Source of the DNA: Nanobdellota archaeon
GTDB taxonomy: Archaea; Nanobdellota; Nanobdellia; Pacearchaeales; GW2011-AR1
NCBI GenBank assembly: GCA_030640565.1
Contig: DAOWJD010000014.1
Coordinates: forward strand, 1-17,498
DNA length: 17,498 nt
Direction of reading: 5' to 3'
In this document: piece after piece, positions 14,955 to 17,498 of the stretch
How positions within the stretch are numbered: the first letter of the stretch is position 1
Layout of the letters: the number at the start of each line of letters is the position of its first letter
The notes under the pieces: model-generated
What the model saw: the letters and a program-made list of their open reading frames with translations, nothing else
What the model was told of the DNA's origin: nothing
Database searches by the model: none
Program-made: the position numbers and the translations under genes

Positions 14955-15301
14955 AAAAAATAAAAGTTTTTGGGATAAAAAAATCGGAATGGAAGAATTA
15001 TTATATTTTCCCAAAGAAGAAAGAAGTTTTTGAAATAATTAGAAATCTTCTAAGAGAATTAGGTTTTGAAGAATGTGAATGGGAGCATTTTGGTAGACCA
15101 ATTGATAAAAAACAAGGAGAACCTATACTTAATAAAGAGGAAAATATTAAAAAATACATTGATGAAAGAATAGGATTTGATAACGAAGAATATTCTATAG
15201 AAGTGATTTTTGGAAAGGACAAAGTCTTTCTAATTATCCATACGGAAACAAATAAACAACAGAAAATATCAAAAATATTAGATAAATTTATACAAGAATA
15301 A
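14951..15301 (+). CDS. 116-aa hypothetical protein
   Basis: Its ATGA overlaps the upstream stop and it ends 1 nt before rps3ae. It has coding-like composition and no recognisable motif. Confidence 0.6.
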   Translation: MKKIKVFGIKKSEWKNYYIFPKKKEVFEIIRNLLRELGFEECEWEHFGRPIDKKQGEPILNKEENIKKYIDERIGFDNEEYSIEVIFGKDKVFLIIHTETNKQQKISKILDKFIQE

Positions 15302-15302
15302 A

Positions 15303-15854
15303 ATGGCACAAGCAAAAAGAAAACAAAAATTTTTCGATGTGAATATGCCTATAATAAAAAAGGAGACCCAATTATATGGTTATGACCTTAAAGATTTTGA
15401 TGGAAAAACAATAACTTATGACTTAACAAGGTTACTGAGGGGGAAAGCCATACTCTTAAAATTAATAGTTAAGATTGAAGGGGATAAGGCAATTGCAGAA
15501 CCTAGAGAATTAAAAGTTATGCCTTATTTCATCAGAAGAATGATGAGAAAAGGGACAAATTATGTTGAAGGTTCTTTTTCTGCTGAATGCAAAGAAGGTA
15601 TACTAAAAATAAAGCCTTTCTTAATAACAAGGAAAAAAGTTTCAAGAGCTGTCAGAAAAGCGCTTCGGGAAAAAGCACAAGAAGAGCTAACAAGTTATGT
15701 AAAAACAAAAGATACAGAAACACTTTTTGATGAAATTATGAAAAACCAACTTCAAAAATTCTTAAGTTTAAAACTCAAAAAAATATATCCTCTTTCTCTT
15801 TGTGAAATTCGTTTCTTTGCAATCAAAGAGAAGAAAAAGAACAAAACAGAATAA
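15303..15854 (+). CDS. rps3ae: 30S ribosomal protein S3Ae (eS1)
   Basis: KRKQKFFDVNMP...LLRGKAILLKL...YFIRRMMRKGTNYVE...KKIYPLSLCEIRFFAI follows the conserved archaeal S3Ae pattern (K..W..v..P, L.GR, dy.Rs.vrr, kkiyPl..veir). Confidence 0.85.
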   Translation: MAQAKRKQKFFDVNMPIIKKETQLYGYDLKDFDGKTITYDLTRLLRGKAILLKLIVKIEGDKAIAEPRELKVMPYFIRRMMRKGTNYVEGSFSAECKEGILKIKPFLITRKKVSRAVRKALREKAQEELTSYVKTKDTETLFDEIMKNQLQKFLSLKLKKIYPLSLCEIRFFAIKEKKKNKTE

Positions 15855-15855
15855 C

Positions 15856-16437
15856 ATGGCAATAGAACAAACCTTAGTCCTTATAAAACCAGATGGAATT
15901 CAAAGAGGCCTTATAGGAGAAATAATCAAGAGATTTGAACAACGTGGTTTAAAAATCGTTGGATTAAAAATGAAGTATATTGATAAAGAATTTGCAAAAA
16001 AACACTATCCTGTAACAGAAGAATGGTATAATAAAGTTGGAAAAAACACCCTAGATGACTGTGAAAAATATGGTGTATGTATTGAAAAGAATATCGGGAC
16101 AAAAGAGCCTCTTGAAATAGGAAAAAAGGTTCATCAATGGAATGTTGATTTACTGATTTCAGGTCCTGTTATTGCAATGGTTCTAGAAGGAGTTCATGCT
16201 ATAGAATCTGCAAGGAAAATGGCAGGAGAAACAATTCCAAATTTAGCACAAATCGGGACAATAAGGGGAGATTTTACAGGAGTTTCAGCCTTGTCTGCAA
16301 ATATAAAAGGGAAAGCAGTCTACAATTTGGTCCACACATCAAAGAACAAAGAAGAAGCTGGAGCAGATATAAAACTCTGGTTCGAAAAAAAGGAATTACA
16401 CGATTACAAATTAGCCCACCAAGAACATTTCTTCTAA
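15856..16437 (+). CDS. ndk: nucleoside diphosphate kinase, long form with insertions
   Basis: EQTLVLIKPDGIQRGLIGEIIKRFEQRGLKIVGLKM, SGPVIAMVLEG, GTIRGDF and the catalytic-His motif NLVHTS. The true start is the ATG at 15856 (MAIEQ). The tracked 15802 start is an out-of-context extension overlapping rps3ae. Confidence 0.9.
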   Translation: MAIEQTLVLIKPDGIQRGLIGEIIKRFEQRGLKIVGLKMKYIDKEFAKKHYPVTEEWYNKVGKNTLDDCEKYGVCIEKNIGTKEPLEIGKKVHQWNVDLLISGPVIAMVLEGVHAIESARKMAGETIPNLAQIGTIRGDFTGVSALSANIKGKAVYNLVHTSKNKEEAGADIKLWFEKKELHDYKLAHQEHFF

Positions 16438-16443
16438 AGATAA

Positions 16444-16452
16444 TTTTAAAAA
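16444..16452 (+). promoter_or_regulatory. TATA-like box TTTTAAAAA for tRNA-Thr
   Basis: Centred about 28 nt upstream of the tRNA 5' end at 16476. The motif is identical to the rpl44e box. Confidence 0.45.
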
Positions 16453-16475
16453 CATAATCTATTTCTCTGTTTTAT

Positions 16476-16547
16476 GCCTGTGTAGCTCAGTGGTAGAGCG
16501 ACTGCCTTGTAAGCAGTAGGTCGGGGGTTCAACTCCCTCCGCAGGCT
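16476..16547 (+). tRNA. tRNA-Thr (anticodon UGU), no intron, no encoded CCA
   Basis: Hand fold: acceptor GCCTGTG pairs with CGCAGGC (one G-U pair), discriminator T. D arm is GCTC-AGTGGTA-GAGC. Anticodon arm is ACTGC-CTTGTAA-GCAGT. Variable region is AGGTC. T arm is GGGGG-TTCAACT-CCCTC. Confidence 0.9.
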
Positions 16548-16560
16548 TATTCCTCTAGAA

Positions 16561-16887
16561 TCACCCCAATTTCACAGCTGTCCCATAAGCTAACATTTCA
16601 GAAGCCCCTTGCATTATCATAGATGTCATAAATTTCATTCCAATAACTGCATCTGCCTTGATTTTAACAGCCTCGTTAACCATTCTATTAAATGACTCTT
16701 CTCTTGCATGAGTAGTCATTTCTGTATAAGTCTTAACCTCTCCTCCAACAAGATTTTTTAATCCTGCGCCAATATCTCTTCCAATATTCCTTGCACGAAC
16801 AGTATTTCCTTTAACAACTCCAAGTATCTCTGCAACTTTCTTTCCAGGAACTTCATTACCTGTTGTGATAATTATTTCTTTAGTCAT
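16561..16887 (-). CDS. YbjQ/UPF0145-family protein (putative heavy-metal-binding domain)
   Basis: IITTGNEVPGKKV.EILGVV.GNTVRARNIGRDIGAGLKNLVGGE...Y...REE....M..EA...GADAVIGM.F....I..GASEMLAYGTAVKL is the typical full-length YbjQ_1 pattern. Confidence 0.85.
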   Translation of the reverse strand: MTKEIIITTGNEVPGKKVAEILGVVKGNTVRARNIGRDIGAGLKNLVGGEVKTYTEMTTHAREESFNRMVNEAVKIKADAVIGMKFMTSMIMQGASEMLAYGTAVKLG

Positions 16888-17083
16888 TTCTTTTACCTCC
16901 TTTCACGTTCTTTCTTGATTCAATTTTATCTTCTTTTTTATTAAAGAAAATAAAAAGTCCAATTAAGAGAATTAGAATTCCGTATATTAAAACCCAAAGA
17001 GAATCATTAACAGAAACAAATATCAAAATTACACCTAAAATAATTAAAACCGGTCCTGTTATTGTTCTACTTAAAACATTCAT
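16880..17083 (-). CDS. 67-aa small membrane protein (two TM helices), overlaps the YbjQ start by 8 nt
   Basis: GPVLIILGVILIFVSV and VLIYGILILLIGLFIFF are hydrophobic helices, followed by a basic tail. Confidence 0.5.
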   Translation of the reverse strand: MNVLSRTITGPVLIILGVILIFVSVNDSLWVLIYGILILLIGLFIFFNKKEDKIESRKNVKGGKRND

Positions 17084-17097
17084 AAACCACTAACTTA

Positions 17098-17115
17098 AAA
17101 TTTATTAATAAATTT
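17098..17115. promoter_or_regulatory. perfect 18-nt A/T palindrome AAATTTATTAATAAATTT between the ZIP gene end and the 67-aa gene start; probably the TATA region
   Basis: Read directly. It is centred about 24 nt upstream of the ATG at 17083 on the minus strand. It is pure A/T, so chance occurrence in this genome is not negligible. Confidence 0.25.
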
Positions 17116-17150
17116 ATCTACAATTAACCCTTGAACAACAGATACTAAAA

Positions 17151-17498
17151 TCAAAATAAAAGAATAATTAATAAAACAATTATTGCTCCCAAAACAAGAC
17201 TAGTAATGCCTATTTTTAAATTTTGTTTTATTCTTGCTGCTGGGATCAATTCTTCTATTGAAATGTAAGTCATAAACCCTGCTGCCATTGCAAGTGAAGC
17301 TCCTAACAAATGCTGTGAAGCTCCTTTTAAAAAATAATAACCAAGAACAAAACCAATTACTTCAAACAAAATTGTGGCTGTTGTTATGATAAAAGACTTC
17401 ATTTTCTTTTTAGTTAAGTTGTATAAAGGAACAATTGTTGCAATATTTTCTGGAACATCTTGTGCAGCAATCCCTAATGCTATCATAATCCCTAATGT
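17151..17498 (-). CDS. ZIP-family (GufA/ZupT-like) divalent metal transporter, C-terminal part; N-terminus lies beyond the right window edge
   Basis: The ORF is open to the window end (..TLGIMIALGIAAQDVPENIAT..). It aligns by eye to ZupT TM5-TM8 (ALHNIPEGLAV ... AGIMVALSVDELMPLA versus AGFMTYISIEELIPAA). Confidence 0.75.
   Translation of the reverse strand, partial: TLGIMIALGIAAQDVPENIATIVPLYNLTKKKMKSFIITTATILFEVIGFVLGYYFLKGASQHLLGASLAMAAGFMTYISIEELIPAARIKQNLKIGITSLVLGAIIVLLIILLF

Noticed and set aside
15001-15315. Minus-strand 104-aa ORF
   Set aside because: It is antisense to the tightly packed plus-strand operon (116-aa gene and rps3ae start) and has hydrophobic shadow composition.
15802-15855. 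N-terminal extension of ndk (MKFVSLQSKRRKRTKQNN) and the TTG start at 14436 for the exonuclease
   Set aside because: The ndk extension overlaps the rps3ae C-terminus in another frame, while the canonical Ndk N-terminus begins at MAIEQTLVLIKPDG (ATG 15856). For the exonuclease, ATG 14445 is the more conventional start.
17151-17498. Apparent loss of the ZIP metal-binding His (QDVPEN instead of HNxPEG)
   Set aside because: To my recollection a Q-D-x-x-E arrangement in TM5 is the normal state in GufA-type ZIP transporters, for example the structurally characterised BbZIP metal centre. I therefore read this as a subfamily trait and not an inactivation.
1-17498. CRISPR arrays, IS elements, rRNA genes and long DNA-level repeats
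   Set aside because: I saw no regularly spaced direct repeats, terminal inverted repeats with a transposase, or rRNA-like conserved blocks. The only repeats are the diverged protein-level modules in the 823-aa gene and short A/T palindromes.

Overview
Visibly AT-rich fragment of archaeal origin. Archaeal markers are ribosomal proteins L44e and S3Ae, an intron-containing class II tRNA, A/T-rich TATA-like boxes about 26 nt upstream of gene starts, and tRNAs with no encoded CCA. The style resembles small-genome DPANN-type archaea, but that is inference only. The right third (13.9-17.5 kb) is ordinary housekeeping: tRNA-Val, rpl44e, a DEDDh exonuclease, a hypothetical, rps3ae, ndk, tRNA-Thr, then on the minus strand a YbjQ-family protein, a small membrane protein and a partial ZIP metal transporter. 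The left edge carries a truncated two-motif LAGLIDADG homing endonuclease whose reading frame runs about 73 nt into an intron-containing tRNA-Leu(UAG). The central 13 kb (636-13796, all minus strand) is the unusual part, a co-directional cluster of secreted or membrane proteins. In order it encodes an 823-aa extremely cysteine-rich repeat protein, a 190-aa protein that reads like a bacterial 8-stranded outer-membrane beta-barrel, a 65-aa two-TM protein and an untracked 45-aa ribbon-helix-helix-like ORF with a perfect 9-1-9 palindrome upstream. These are followed by a 609-aa protein with a pilin-like N-terminus and a 2580-aa giant secreted protein. The C-terminal part of the giant protein carries two lytic-transglycosylase-like (E-S ... 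G-x-M-Q) signatures. The last three genes overlap start to stop. I interpret the cluster as a candidate uncharacterised surface or host-envelope-interaction module. Function is inferred, not demonstrated, and all domain calls are by-eye motif recognition that needs HMM and structure confirmation.
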